A DNA stretch of 64,000 bases from Yuukianura sp. NJ FZ-2021 (lineage: Eukaryota). Shown here in pieces: positions 25,245-39,082 of this stretch. The notes beneath the pieces are model-generated. The model was not told the DNA's origin. It saw only the letters and a list, made by a program, of their open reading frames with translations, and did not search any database. The DNA lies in assembly GCA_046563655.1 (NCBI GenBank), contig CM102283.1, positions 8,370,001 to 8,434,000 on the forward strand, read 5' to 3'. A program made the translations under genes and the position numbers. The first letter of the stretch is position 1. Each line of letters begins with the position of its first letter.

Positions 25245-28200
25245 ATGAGAATGACGTCTGTGAATTCCCGTGCCGAGGACATGGACATGGCCAACGGAGT
25301 CGTCCATGACACGACCCCTCAAGAACTCTTAGTTTCAACGTCCACTGGAAGTAAGACTGGCTCAGTGTCAAGTTCATCTTCGGCTGTAACGACTCCGTCA
25401 TCATGCGTAGTAGACGATGTAGTGAAGATGGGACATCTCAAAAAGTTCAAAGGCAAGAAGAAGTGGTTTGTTGTGAGAAGGGAGTCGGAGACAGGTAAGT
25501 CAATGACCTTGGAGTATTGTTTTTCTACATACAAGTTTAATAGCTTCTTAAAACTTCATTTAATTAGTGTAAAGTAATTAAAAGTTTAATTTTTCCATGA
25601 AGGTCCAGCCAGGTTGGAGTACTATGCTAAAGAACGATACTTTCGAGCTGGCCATCAACCCAGGAGGTAACTGAACGTTTACTATAAACATTCCTTAATG
25701 TTGAAGTAGTATTTAGCTAAGGTTAATTCTTGCAAGTAAGACATAAAATTCTAAAGTTAACTTTTACAATGGGTTAACAAACTGCTGACTCAAGAGAATG
25801 GAGGAGTGCAGTTGTGGTGTTAAGTGTCACTTATCTAAAGTATAACCCATTAATTGCCGATCGTTCTAATCTTTATAACAGTTTCAAGTTTCACGGAAAT
25901 CCAATAAATACTGGGAGTAGGAGGGAGAGGAGAACATTTTCAATGAAGTCTAAGCATTTGCATGGGAAAGGAGTAAAGTCCATTTGTAAATTACAATTTG
26001 AAACTTGAGAGTTATGAATTGATCTTTATGGAATGTGCTGATTGGAAATTCCTAACTGGATAAACCTCTGACGTTAGTATGAATGGGATGAGAATAGACA
26101 TTATGGTTTGAGTAATCAAGAGATTCAAAGAATGAGAAAAATGAGACAAAAAAATGAGCAAGACAAAAAAATAACAATGGATGAGCAGGCGTTAAGGATG
26201 TCAACAGGAAATTACGCAATCTTATCACTTGTTACTATACTCACATTAGTAACGAAATTCCAGACGTATAAGATTACGTGGAAAGTCCAAGTGTCAGTCA
26301 CCCTCTTCCACCTAAACAAAAACTCCAAGTTGTCATCATTTGAGTATGTGCTGCACAAGTATTATATGCAACAACACTTTGTGGTTAACAACGGGGGTGC
26401 AAGTATCTAATCAGACTGCCACTGACTAGACTATGGGAAAACCATGCATGCGGGAATTCTTTTGTTATGTTGATAATCAAATGGTGATTGAATATGAAGT
26501 ATGAACATGAACTGCATAAATATTTATAACAAATACATAGTTTATGATAAATTATTAATAAAAGTTGACTAATTAAGTACATTAGTAGTGTTTTCTTATG
26601 TTAAAATATGTTTTTGTTTTGGTTTTCAGGACTATCTGCCTCAAGGCTTGCTTTAACATTAACCGGACAGAGTCAAAGGTCAAATGGGCCATTGCCCTTC
26701 ACACACACAACGATTGTCTCCGAATAGTTTTTAGTTCTGAAGAGGAAATGAAAGAATGGCTTCAGCTACTCAATTCTTTAGCAGGTATGAAGGCTACACG
26801 TGTCGCCGTGTGCTTCAGTCGTAACAACATGCTTATAATTTCATAAGAATCGATCCGTTGGCCATAAAATTCTATATTTGTGTTTATTTCAGGCACAGAG
26901 GAGGAACCTACGGAGGACATGCCTAGTAAACCACATTTTGAACATGTCTGGCTGGTCCAAGCTTTGAACAAGGGACTTGGATCCAAGGAAGGGATCCTGG
27001 GCCCTTATAGACTGTGCCTCACTTCCAGAGAACTTACGCTCTTGAAAGTTGGCGAAGGAGATGAGAGGAATACGCTCCTTAAGTTTCCTGTAAGAAAAAC
27101 GTTTAAGAATTTCGAAGTTAAAAAAAATCGAAAAGTTAACGATTTTTGATTTACTTTTACAGCTCAACGTAATACGTTCAGTGTCACATGATTCTACTTT
27201 TGGGTGCTTTTTTCATATTGAATTTGGACGGTCTGCGGTAACTGGTCCTGGACAATTGAGCCTACGAACAGAAGACAACAACATTGCACAGAACATGCAT
27301 CTCCTCATTCTCAAGTAAGGTTATTTTTTCAGTTGTGTTTTTCAAAATTTTGAAAATAATGGAAAATTGACTATTTTTAGAGCTATGCAGAACTACTCCA
27401 AGGAAGAAATCTCCCATAGAGAAGGTCCAAGGAGAGGCCGCACCTATACTTGGAATTCTGGCTACTCTGACTCAGCTTCGTCCAGACCGCCTTCCTTTGC
27501 TAGCCAAACTCCTCCAGTAATGGCACGAATGCATTCAGTCGATTCTGGAATACCAAGAACAAGAACAGAGTCTATCAACTCTACCGATTCCAGAAGTGGC
27601 CACTCTCCACCAATATCAATCTCCCAAACTCCACCAACAATATCCTTCTACTCCCCAATGTGCTCCACCACTGACTCTGCATCTTCCTCCTACTCATATG
27701 AGCATAACAACAACAGAGAATCTAGGCCTACCATCCAAGATGGAGACTCTTACGTCCCTTGGAATCCAAGTGAAGAAGCCCTTAGCTTACCATTACAACC
27801 GTTGGACACTGCTGACTATGTGACGACAGGAGGACAGGCAGCGACTTCGTCGTCTTACATGGAAATGCAAAGTCCAATTTCACCGTATAATGCGTATAAC
27901 AATTATGTTCCAATGGGTGTGAGCCCTGGATCAACCCTTGGTGCTGGACATTATGGAGGATGTGGGAATGGGAGTGGAAAACTTTCGGTGTCGCACTCCA
28001 GAAACTCCAGTTTAATTGAAGATATAGAAGGATATGTACCGATGATCCCTGGAGAAAATCCTACGACGTAAGTTTTTTTGTTGTTGTTGTTTTTCTTGGT
28101 AATCTATTTTTGTTTTTCAATAACACTTTGGATTTATATTTTTGGTTCTTTTCCAGCCCTGGAATGGGATCTGAATCAAATATTGAGGACTCGTACCTTG

Positions 28201-29617
28201 AAATGGACCTCAGCAACAGCAGCAGACGTAAAATGAACCACAGCAACGACGGTAATTTTTAGATACTTTGAAGAATACTTGTTCAGATGAAGGAGAATTT
28301 TGTGCTTGAGAAGTATTTTGTATTGAAAGTATTTTTGAAATGTTTTTAGACCGAAGTCTGCCCGCCAGCTCCATCGAGTCTCTACAAAGTCGAACGCCAT
28401 CTTCTGACTTCCCTTTAGAAAAAGTCAGTTCATACTTCCTACCTTCTGATGAAAACGAAGATTCAGCGTCACGACCAGTTCGTTGCTTCTCTGTCGGTTC
28501 GCGGTCTGATACCGGAACAACCTTGAAGGGAAGGTATGGCAAGAATCGCTTAGAAGCCGTACAAGAAACGTTTAGAATTCGTGCTCTTTCTGTTGGTGCT
28601 AAAAATCCACGTACTGGCAAGCCTTTCACGCAATTTGCTCCGCCACCCCTGACGCCGAACCAGAATAATTCACCGAACAGCTCCACGTCTTCTGTTTGTC
28701 TCAGTTCAAGCTGGAGTGGATCTGGATCAACGACGGGAAGGTGGGCACATTTTAGCAAGTCACAGATCAGTCCAGCCTCATCACAGATTCCGCATGACTC
28801 TGATCTAATGGAGGTAATCTATTGAGAGTGAATTATTATGGAGGGAAAAGTAGCTGAAGCAAGAATTTTTTATTGATTTTGACTCTATTTTGTGGTTTTT
28901 CAGCTGGATTTCTCGCATAACAGGGAGAAGAAGCAAGTCTCAGGGAGAAGGAAGTCTTTGTCAGGAATTCGAGAGCAGAGCACAAGTGCATGTAGCAGTA
29001 AGGCTAGTCCGTCTCCGTCACAGTCCAAAGGCACTTTGTCAGAGAGTCCAGATCCATATATGTCTATGGATATGGGAGAAACTTCAACGTCGTCATACGC
29101 TTCATCTGCTCCGATTGCAATTCAGAAGGCTACGGACAATCTGCGTAGTGACGGTGGAGTTCCACTCGTTAGTCGCCTCACTGGACTCGATCTCAATCCT
29201 CTCCAGAACAACTGTAATCCCAAGGATGACGAGTACATGCCTATGGACTTTGCACCAGTTGTGGCCAAGACGCTAGACAAAGTACCTCCAGCCACATTTA
29301 CACTTAATTCGTCAGCACAAGACGCCCCTTCACCATCACTGCTCACCAGTACATCATCACAAATGCTGTCAAGCATCAAAGAGTCTCCGGAGAAACAGGA
29401 GTTTGGACTGGGGAAGTTTCAGCGTCGAACGGTGCAGAGCACGATAGAAGAGGAGTCGGTTCCCGGATTTACGTATGCGGATTTGGACCATCCGCGAACT
29501 GGAGGAGCACATCCACTTGCTACCTCCAGTGTCCCATCCCCAGCATCTCGCCTCAGTTACCCAGCAGCAGTCAATTACTCACAAATCAATTTTAAAAAGT
29601 CGCCGAGTACTAGTTAG
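25245..29617 (+). CDS. IRS: Insulin receptor substrate (IRS/chico-like): PH + PTB domains and YxxM-rich tail
   Basis: Exons 25245-25494, 25603-25666, 26630-26784, 26893-27089, 27163-27314, 27381-28067, 28157-28251, 28350-28813 and 28904-29617. PH: DVVKMGHLKKFKGKKKWFVVR..PARLEYY..ICLKACFNINR. PTB: FEHVWLV..KGLG..GPYRLCLT..EFGRSAVTGPG..IAQNMH. The tail has YMEM, YVPM x2, YLEM, YMSM, YMPM and terminal YADL/YSQI. The exact start ATG is uncertain. Confidence 0.95.
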
Positions 29618-30135
29618 TTTATAGACGTTTAGAGTTCATAGTAGTATGTGCTTTTTAGCTTTTTAGAAAGGCAACTCAGTCTTTTGTTTTAAAATTCAAA
29701 GTTTTAACAGCGCAAAAGTTTATGGATCTTTGAGAAATAAATTTAATGAATTCATGGCTTTAAAAGTTCTGGGAATTTCAAATATTTTGTCGTCAGCTGA
29801 GTTGGCGGGAAAAGTCATTCATTCAGTTTTTAAAAGTGTGAATGACGTCACTGCTGAATGGAGGTCAACCGCAATACAAACAAAAGTTTTGTTTAGCTTG
29901 AATTTGGAGTGATTCAAATTTTCGCGCGAAAAATTTAAGTGACCGCGTTTCCTGTTTATTTAGTGGTTTTAATTGGCCATTTCCTGGAGTTCCTGGAAGG
30001 ATCCATTAATCAGAAAGCAAAACAAGCTCATAACAACAACAACTTATAAAAATATGTTATAAAAAGCCTCATTATATTTAAATATAATATATAAATTATT
30101 AATATAAATATATTAAATCACTAGTTGAGTTTCAA

Positions 30136-32985
30136 TTACTGTTTTGGTTTAGCTTTTGTTAACCAAGAATGAATCATTTTCATTGGATCAAAATTCTGCA
30201 TTGGGGAAACCGTTGTGGTGGAGGATGTTGGTGCGGGGGCGGAGCCAGCATCTTCTGAAACTACTGCTTTTGATGCTGCTGTTGGACTAGATGTTGACGA
30301 GAGTACTGATGCTCCGCCCTTCGATGCTGCTTCAGCACTTGTGTCCACCTTATCAAACAGCAGTAGTCCTGGAGCCGTACCGAGAACCGGTTTGTATTCT
30401 TTGACCTTTGACCTAATTCCAGTGACTTGGATATTTGGCCACTCTGAACTGTCAGTACTGTTGTTAGTACTGCTAGTCTTTGACGCTGAACTGCTAATCT
30501 TAGCAGAAACTATAGGCTTTTTAGTACTTTTAATAGACGGTTTCATGGTGGGCCATCTATAGGCTGGAGCCGGTTTCTGTGTCGGTTTGGTCACTTTGGT
30601 AGGCTTTGACTCCACCTCTATACCAACGTTTTCGTCTTGTTCTATTGGAGGAGGGGCTTTCTTTCCACTGACAATGACGGATTTTGATGACTGGAGGTCA
30701 AAGGTTGACTTTTGGATGTAGTTGTTTACTCCAGGAACGGCTTTGATCTCTTTAGAATTGAAGGAGCCTTTGGTATTGCCAGTACTACTGGAATCTTCAT
30801 TTAAAGAAGTGAGTTCCTTTGAAGTCGAATGAGGATTCGATCGCTCGGACTGGTCCTTTGAGTTGCTAATGCTAACCTCCTTGGTGATTTCCGTTGAGCG
30901 AGAGGTCACGACGGAGGAAGATGAAGAAACTGATTCTTCGACTGAATTGGTTTCTTTAGAAGTTTTTGTGGAGGAGGAGGAGGATGGATCTGCTGGAGGC
31001 ATAATGACTCTCACGGCAAACATTGGCTTGAATGTTGTGCTGGACGTTGTTGTTGTAGAACGAGCTGTGATTGGTGGAGGTGGACGGACGGTGGTTGTAG
31101 TGGTGGCGGCGAGTTCAGATGTGGGTGGCGGTGATCTGGGGGTGGCTGGGTACGTTCTTGAGGGTGGTGGGGGTGCGGATTTTGAGGAGGGTGGGAGTGT
31201 TGATTTTGAAGTTGAGGATACTGGCGGAAATACTGGGCCAGTATTGACAAAAGATGATGGAGCAATTTTGATGAAGGATTCGCTGCCTTCAGCGCTCGGG
31301 TCAATGTTGATGTTGAATGAATTGATTGGAGAAGGCGGTTCTTGCAGGAGTTCGTGGAGTAACGATTCGGCTGAATCGGATTCTTGGTCTGGACTCGGAT
31401 CGGTATCGCTGCTTACTGTCGTTGAAGCCGGTTTGAGTAAAGTTGGTCGTCGGACTTCTACTACCTTCATCAAGTAGTCTCTAGACGTTACCGGTTTGAA
31501 TTCCGAAGCTGAAGTGGCCTGTGTGGGGTAAAGTGGAACGTCCGACACGTATCCCGGTTTTAGTCCGTCTACTGAAAAAGGCGCCAAAAATTCAACCAAA
31601 AATTCTAAATTTAAGACTTATTGTGATTAGTTATGCCCGACTGTGGAAACTTACCTTTACTGGATGTCGCTAGAGGTCGCTCGGTCACATTTTCCCGCGG
31701 AGTCATTGTGTCTTTAGGCAAAAAGTAAACAATGTTGGGTATGTTCGGAGCTATTTCGGCTTCTTCTGAAAGAATGTAGTGCGGGGGGTGGTGAGGGCGT
31801 GGGTGGGGTGGCATTTGTTTGAACGGAGGTCGTCGTGGATGTGGGTGGGGCGGTGGGAATCGTCGTCGACCTGGCATAGACAGGAGTTTCCATATTGAAA
31901 TATGGGTGACTGGTGGTGGTGGACGTCTCCAGGGGCGGTGTCTCCTAACATGTCCGCCAGTACTGCGTCTACCCCCTCCAGAACCTAGGTTAAGTTCATC
32001 TTCAGGCGGTGGGACATAAGCTGTAGTCGGATCCCGCTGAATTGGGTAACCATGGTGCTCGACCTGGCCACGCTCAAGTTGCGTCCCGCGAAATCCTAAG
32101 AAATTCAAAAAAAATAACTAGAGTCGAATTTACCATTGTCAGTTACGATTTTTCTGACAAATATTGTGTGAATTCTAACTTTGGTGACAAATATTTCCTG
32201 ATTTCTGACAAACATTGTACGATTTCTGACTTTTCTATAAAATATTTTCTGAATTATTACTTTTGTGTCAAATATTTTCAGAGTTCAGGCTTTTCTTACA
32301 AAACTTAAAAAAAATTCAGTCCAAATTTTTTTTTGGTGGTACACAAGTATCAACGCCTACGAAAATCTTGTTATTTACTTTTTCGAAAAGGAAAGGAATC
32401 AAGTTTTTTGTTTTCTTTTGTTTTTTCGTCAAATGATTGAAATTGTTGAAAATTTTGGCCAAATTGGCAGTATGTCCAAATTGCACGCGAAAGTTTGTAA
32501 TTCCAAGACCGGTTTTATAACTGTGTCCTCCTAACACCAAATCCAAATATTGTCGATCTCAAATTGTCCAATTAATTCAACAACTTCTCCCACCTTGACT
32601 CATTAGAAAGTGCGAGTGACTACTACATGTAAAATTTCACTTTAAACATTCACGTTTTTTCAAGAACAGTCATCAAGTGATCAATAAATTAGCCATGAAA
32701 ATTACTTTTAAAAATAATGCTACTGAAAAACTTACTTTGCAATTCTTCCCTACCACGCATGCGTGGAGGCATCATGCCATGCTGATGATGAGCTGCTCGA
32801 GGGATTCTGTAGTAGTTCCACGGTGATGCTGGATGAGATGACCTGCGCAGTAGTGGTCGAAACTCCCCTGTCACCATTCTGCCTACACGTTCAGGACGCC
32901 TGCGCCATGCTCTCACAATTCGTCCAGATTCGACGAAAATGGCGCAGAGTACGGTCAGACTCAACGCAAGCAATACTAACCTCAT
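30136..32985 (-). CDS. Secreted Ser/Thr/Pro-rich (mucin-like) protein of unknown function
   Basis: Signal peptide MRLVLLALSLTVLCAIFVES. Exons ~32985-32736, 32095-31655 and 31571-30136 join in phase 1. A basic R/P/H-rich N-terminal part is followed by a long low-complexity S/T/P region. No TM segment or known domain recognised. Confidence 0.75.
32148..32283. repeat. Degenerate intronic tandem repeat (tttctgacaaatatt-like units)
   Basis: Recurrent ttctgacaaatattg / ggtgacaaatatttc / ttctgacaaacattg / gtgtcaaatattttc within intron 1 of the secreted protein gene. Confidence 0.55.
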
Positions 32986-35900
32986 TGCGCAAGCGGAGTG
33001 TCCAATTTACTTCAGTCAATCCAAAAATTTCTGTAGTTTTCAAAAATTTTGGAAAATTGACAAGAATTCACCAGTCCTCGCTGGGATTCAGCCGCTTGGT
33101 CACTTTTTCCTTCTTAAAAAACTTAAGCCTTGTGCACACTCAACAATTAATTTCCGATTTATTTATGAAAAGTAAAACTTTTGTTTATTGTTTCTAAATT
33201 TTTAGTTGAAATTTTTTTTGTAAGTGTGTTTGAATTGACACTTTGTGAGCAACTGATGATGACTTGGGAAGTTCAAAGACTGTTTCAACCTCAGCTAAAA
33301 AGTCAAACAAGGTCAACCCAAAACCACTTTCTTTCCAAATATCAATTCCTCCAACTTACCAAACAACTTCACTTCAACCTACTCCACATTTTTGAACCAT
33401 CCACGCTCACTTTTACTAAAAACCTACGTTCAAAAAACTAACTTTCATCCTCCTTTTAATAATCTCAACCAAGGTCAGAATCAAAATTCTGAAGAGACAG
33501 TGACATGAGCCACACAGGAAATTATGGGGAGTGCCTTTTGCTTTTTTTTTTCATTTTCAAGTCGCATCTTCATTTCACACGTACACACCAACATCACTGT
33601 AGTATAAAGTGTTGACAAATTTCAAAATCTGGTCACTCACTTTTTAATTCCATTTTTTAGAATAAGAACCAGTTCAACTTTTTTGGCACAAGTATGATAC
33701 AGACACACCTTTTGTCACGAATTCTATTATTATTAACGTTGAGGTCACCATAGTCACCAACGTAAGGCTCAAAATTACTTTTAGTAGGGCTGAAATTTTT
33801 TGGGGGATCCTGAATGTTCCATTTGGAAGATTAGATAATCCCTACTGCTCTCATCCCGTTTTCGAAAGCATTTCTAGAGCTTCTGGAACGGGGATGCTGG
33901 ATGCTGGAGAGGCTTTAGAAGCATCTTGGGGATCATGGTATTGGGAGCGCTGGAAGCGCTGAAACGCTGGAGATGGGGCTGGAAGAGAGAGATTTGGTGG
34001 TGTCGAAGCGTCAATTCTTCATGTCACTTTAAATGTCAGAAGCCCTTTGATATCTCCCTGGAGAAAATAAATCCAGGAACTCCCTATGGAACGCCGTAGT
34101 TACACCAATGATGTCTCTTCCTTGTGGTTAGGATGAAGACTCAATCAAATTCAAAATCGGCGCTACTCGATCCATCAGATTCTATTTTTCAAAATTTTGT
34201 ACTTTTCCCGCCCATTTGTGTACAAAACAGAAACAGGAATATAAAGAAAAAATAACAAAGACGAGAAAAAACAGAAAAAGAAGCTTATTTTTAATTTATT
34301 TTTGAACTTTTCAAATTTTTCCGTTTTTTTTTTTTGTATGTGTTAAAAATGAGTTTTTTGGGGGCGTGGAACTGGAATTAAGTGAGCTTAAGCTTTCACT
34401 TTCTTTTCACTTCGTCGGAAATGAAAAGATTTATGAAATTTTTGAATTTCATTGAAGCTGCCTTCCTTTTCCCGCTCAAATTCTACTTTCCCTAACTTTT
34501 TTTTGTTGCTTTCCTTTTTCTTCCGTTTTTGCAATGTAAATTTTTGTTTCTCTTTCTTTTTGGTGGGATTTGAGCCAAAGTGAGAAAGTTTCCATTTTCT
34601 TTGTTCCAGAATCCAGAGAAAGGGCGGGCAGATTTGAACAGGGATTTGAGTGTAGTACGTGATATGATCCTTCATTTGGTATTCCACTGTTCCAGGATTT
34701 GTAATTTGAGCCTCCACAGACCTAACCTGTCCATTTCCTAGAAGGATTGACTTTTACTGAACATAGGTAACATAACCTAGCATATCCAGAATGTTACCGC
34801 TGTAGGATCCATCAAATTGGAAGGATTTGATTGGTTGATGACTCCGGAACGACAAGATGTGACGCTTTATGTGATGCTGGAGCAGTACTTTCAGGTTCAC
34901 AACGAAAAGACAAAGTGATTTGGTGTGATCCCAAGCCGTTATAGGAAAAGAGGGGTAGACGATTCGTCGGAAGAACAGATTAAAGTCGACGACAAAGTCA
35001 TTTTCCCTGTTTCTACGACTTCTATTCCAGAAAGACAGAAGATTCATTTGGCCTTCCAGAAGATCCTGGAGAATTCTGGAGAATCCTGGAGTCTTCGGTT
35101 TTTGAGTATAGTTGGATCATAAATTAAGCTTGTGTCGTCGAGATTGAACCGTGTCACGAGGATCTTCGTCTTCTTTTGTCCTAGAATGCTCTTTGTAATT
35201 GTAAAATGGAAGAGATTCTGTTTAAGTCTTCTACCTTATTGCAGAACGACTTTCACTCTGATTAGAATTCGTTCGCTCAATGTCTAATTTTAATCGAATT
35301 TTAGTCTCTCGGAGTGAAACGTTTGAAGTTATAGGCTCATTTCAGAATCTAACAAAATAGTTAACTCAATTAGACTCATTTTCAAGTTGGATTCTTTTTA
35401 AGACTAAAAACAGAGATCTGAGGAAGCTAAGCCTTAATTATGTCTTTTCAAAAGCTGTTCTGTTCAAACAGTTTCAAATTTTGTTCTCAAAAGTGTTTTT
35501 GAAGTTTCGGTTTTTAGTTCTTCGAGCGGACGCGGCAGGTTGAATTAAAAATTAGAACTTTCTTGCGACAAACGATTTTTTTAAACCACTAAAAAGCGGA
35601 AGAGACAAACCAAAAATTTTCCAGAAATCGATGAAAATTGATTAAAATCGAGTAAAACTGAACAAAGAGGTGGGAAGTTTAGGAAGGAAGTGGGAGAAAG
35701 TAGAGCCCTGCAGGTTTCTCCATCGTGTGTCTCAGTTGACTGACGACTTTCCATTTATCATGTCAGTGGCCCCACCGGGCCCACGGTGGGACTGACTCCA
35801 AGTGGGGCCAAAACCATCTAATGAGAACTTTACTCAAGCGGATGGACAAAAACACTAGGATCCACGTGACCTTTTCAAAATTTAGACAAAGACTGCCGCC

Positions 35901-36482
35901 TTACCTTCCAGGAATGTTGTTCCTCCAAGGCAAATCATTCATTTCAGTTCAACTTAAAAGCAGTGCAAATGAATGGGCCTGTCACTTCTTCCCGCCAAAG
36001 AAACAAACGCTCCCGGGCCATGATTTGAATTCCGAATTTTGAAATTTACCGCCGCGGTGAGAGAACGAACCATCACGGTGATGTCACTTGAACTCCCATT
36101 ATTCTCCAAAAGTCGGCAGTAATGAGAACGCATCCGGTAGGAGTTGCGATTTTCCATTGTTTTGAATTTTGAAACTTCGCGGGCTTTCTGTGAAAAAGCT
36201 CATTTCTAGAAAATGGAGCTCCGCATTCAATAAATTTTGGAGGGAACAATAGAAATTTTAGACGGCAGGATCAATAGTCCATTTTTTTTAAGTTCCTCGT
36301 GCCAGTCACTATTCACCGCAAGTCAAACCACGCCGCGGTGTGTAAAGGTTGTTCAAAATCTAGGCCGCCAAAACCAAAACTTCAGTTTGGGTTCAAATCA
36401 AAACCCGCGAAAAAAAAAACGTTTCAAAATTTTTGGTTTCCTGCCATCCACTCAAATTATTTTAGACGGGTTACTGTCGTAT

Positions 36483-36721
36483 GACGGTTGTTAACAACGA
36501 AAAATGAATTTTCTGTAACAGGTTGAGTACTACCTCGCTTCTTGAGAAAAAAAATGAAAAATCAAAACAAAAATTGGTACCAATTCGTATGTAAAATTTA
36601 AAAACTTCGGCTGCTCTGTTATTACGAGATTATGAAATGAAAGACCCTTTTTTTTTCTTGTAAATTGAAAAACATGAGGTATTACTCAACCTGTTAAAAA
36701 AATTAATATTAACAAACCTTG
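36483..36721. mobile_element. P-element-like MITE family, copy 1 (degenerate left end)
   Basis: Inner inverted repeat aacaggttgagtactacctc ... gaggtattactcaacctgtt and right end acaaaccttg. The internal sequence is similar to the copies at 43112 and 48949. Confidence 0.75.
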
Positions 36722-39082
36722 GTCGCTCTGCACTCTTCAAACTGCTTTCCTGAGAACATAAAATGTTATGAATTTTGAATTTGAGTAGAACCAAATTGGA
36801 TTAAAACTTCAAACTGCTCGGTTCTTTCTTCCAACCTTTGAGTTGCAGATTTTAACTTAAAGAGACTAAAACATGAGGGGACTAAAAAGACTAAAACATT
36901 GAATGATGAACAAACACGAGCAAGTAGCTTCCGGCTGGCAGCACTAGATGCTACAGTGTCTAGAAAAACAGAAGTGAAGAGGATTTGTGTTTAAATGTTA
37001 ACTTAAATAAGGTTAAACAGTAAGTTTTGAACTGGAGGGCTAAAAAGGCGGGAAAAGAAGAATCAACTTTGTTTTGAAATGTCGCTTTAAGTTCAAAACG
37101 TCTTTTTCGTTTTAAAGTAAACAACTTTGTATGCTTGAAGTGTCCTTCTGTCTCTGTCAGTCTTCATAGCACCAACTGTGTTTAGTCATCCGACTGCGCC
37201 AAAAACTTTAAATTCTTTTAACAAATTAACACCAAAGGGAATTGTTTTAAAATTCCCGCGTGAATGAACAAGCCGATGAAATCCATTAGCATCTATTGCT
37301 CAAAATAGTCCAAACATGACGCAAGTTTCATAAAAATTGAGCAAAAGGAGACTCTAAATAACTGTTAGGAAAATCAGCATAGCTTTTTCTAAAATAGTGA
37401 AAACTTTTTTGTTCGTCGTGAGAACCTAGCTTAACTTTTTCAACAATCGGTCAATCGGTGGCTCCACTTTCTGTGAAAATCTGGAGGTAACATTTAAAAA
37501 AGGTAAAAAATTTATATTTAGAAACTTGTTGGTGAAGTTCGTTTTTGGACATGACTGAAGTTTTTTCGATAAACACAAAGAACTTTGAATTTTTCAGTAT
37601 AAGAACTAAACCACAATGCCGCAGCGATTTTGAAAAAAAAACTTTGAAGCTTCGTATTTATTTTCTACTGCTTGTGGGTATCTTTTGTGTCACTTTTTGA
37701 TTGAAAAACATGTCTCCCGGGGTTAGTAATAAAATTTGTGTAGGATTTTCAATTGTTCGGAGATTCCGAAAAAGTGAAAGTTGGAAATTGTCTTGTGTAT
37801 CCCATCTATTGTCATCCTCCAATTTTTGTCATCAATTATTAATCAACTTTTTTCCAGGTGAAAATGGACTGAATATTTGATGTGTCACTGCGGGAGGAGT
37901 AAGTGCTTTAGTGTAGTCACTGCGTAGGTCGATTCCTCATTTACATACACCATCAAAAACCTTTGAAATCACTAGCTCTGAACTAAATTTGAAACATACC
38001 GCCACAAAAGATTTCAAACTTGGTGACACTTCATCCACATTTCAGCTCCTCTCGTGCCTTCAACCGTGGTCGTTCAACCGAAAAAGACGCTTGACGACAC
38101 CTCGTTAACCAACCACATCCTCGCCATCATCTCTTCACAGCTCCATCGTCGTCACTCGATCTCTACTCAAATTGAAATTTCAAAATTTTGAAAAAAAAAG
38201 TTCTCAAATTTTTGTCGTCAGGGTGATGGCGTGGATTGGTGACTGAAACACATTATATATGATACAAGGAAAAAATAAAGTCAGGTGAAAGTCAAGGAAA
38301 AAAACTTCTTTCTCTTTTTTTCTCTCGAAAAAATGCAAACGCTGACAAATCTTCCAGAAATCTCTTTTTTCTTTTCTTTTTTGGCTGTTTGGTTTAAATA
38401 ATTTCCAGCAATTTTTATTTTTTTGACTGCCTGGGAACGATATTCTAACTCATTTGAAATTCGATTCAAAATCAGAATAAAAAAGAGAAAAGACGTTTTT
38501 TACTCTTCCATTTCGCTTTCTCCCTAACAAAACCTTGGATTGAGACTAGCAAAAGATGCATTTTGTATTCAAATTAAATCAAAACCCGCCTTCATCCTGC
38601 ACTGTTCTCTTTTAGATCTGTCCCACCGACCGTACAAGTCCCACCATGGTGGGTCTCTTTTTCAATCTTTTGAAATCAATCCCTGCGGAGTACATGTCTT
38701 CTTCCTTGATAAATGGTGGAAAACCGATGTGAAATTGGTTCACCTGCTACCTTACTCTCAATGTTTTTGTAACTAAAATTAAAGCGACAGTACTGGATGC
38801 TGGATACTGGCAGCACAAGTATCCAGTACAGTTTTCAGGTTTCCAGTTCAATCATCGTCCCACCTCTCGTTTCAATGTCTCGGCAGAATTTTAAAGTCCA
38901 CCTGAGCCTCGTATTTTGAAAGTGTAACTAAGCGTTTTTGAAATTCGTTTTTGAAAATGAGCTCTGGGAATTTCCAGTTTCGAAAAAAGTCATTTTTTAC
39001 TTACTTTTTATTTCCTGAGAGAGATTGGTTTTGTTTACGTAAGAAAATTGGTGGGAAGAAAGAATTTTTTTTGGATTAGCGT

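Noticed and set aside
30215-31477. Long + strand ORFs (115 and 204 aa), and similar ones at 10525-11511
   Set aside because: These are antisense shadows of low-complexity S/T/P-rich exons on the - strand.
38790-38829. Short hairpins (also 50704-50748 and 56964-56988) as miRNA precursors
   Set aside because: The stems are too short or too low in complexity for a pre-miRNA, and no known miRNA sequence was recognised.
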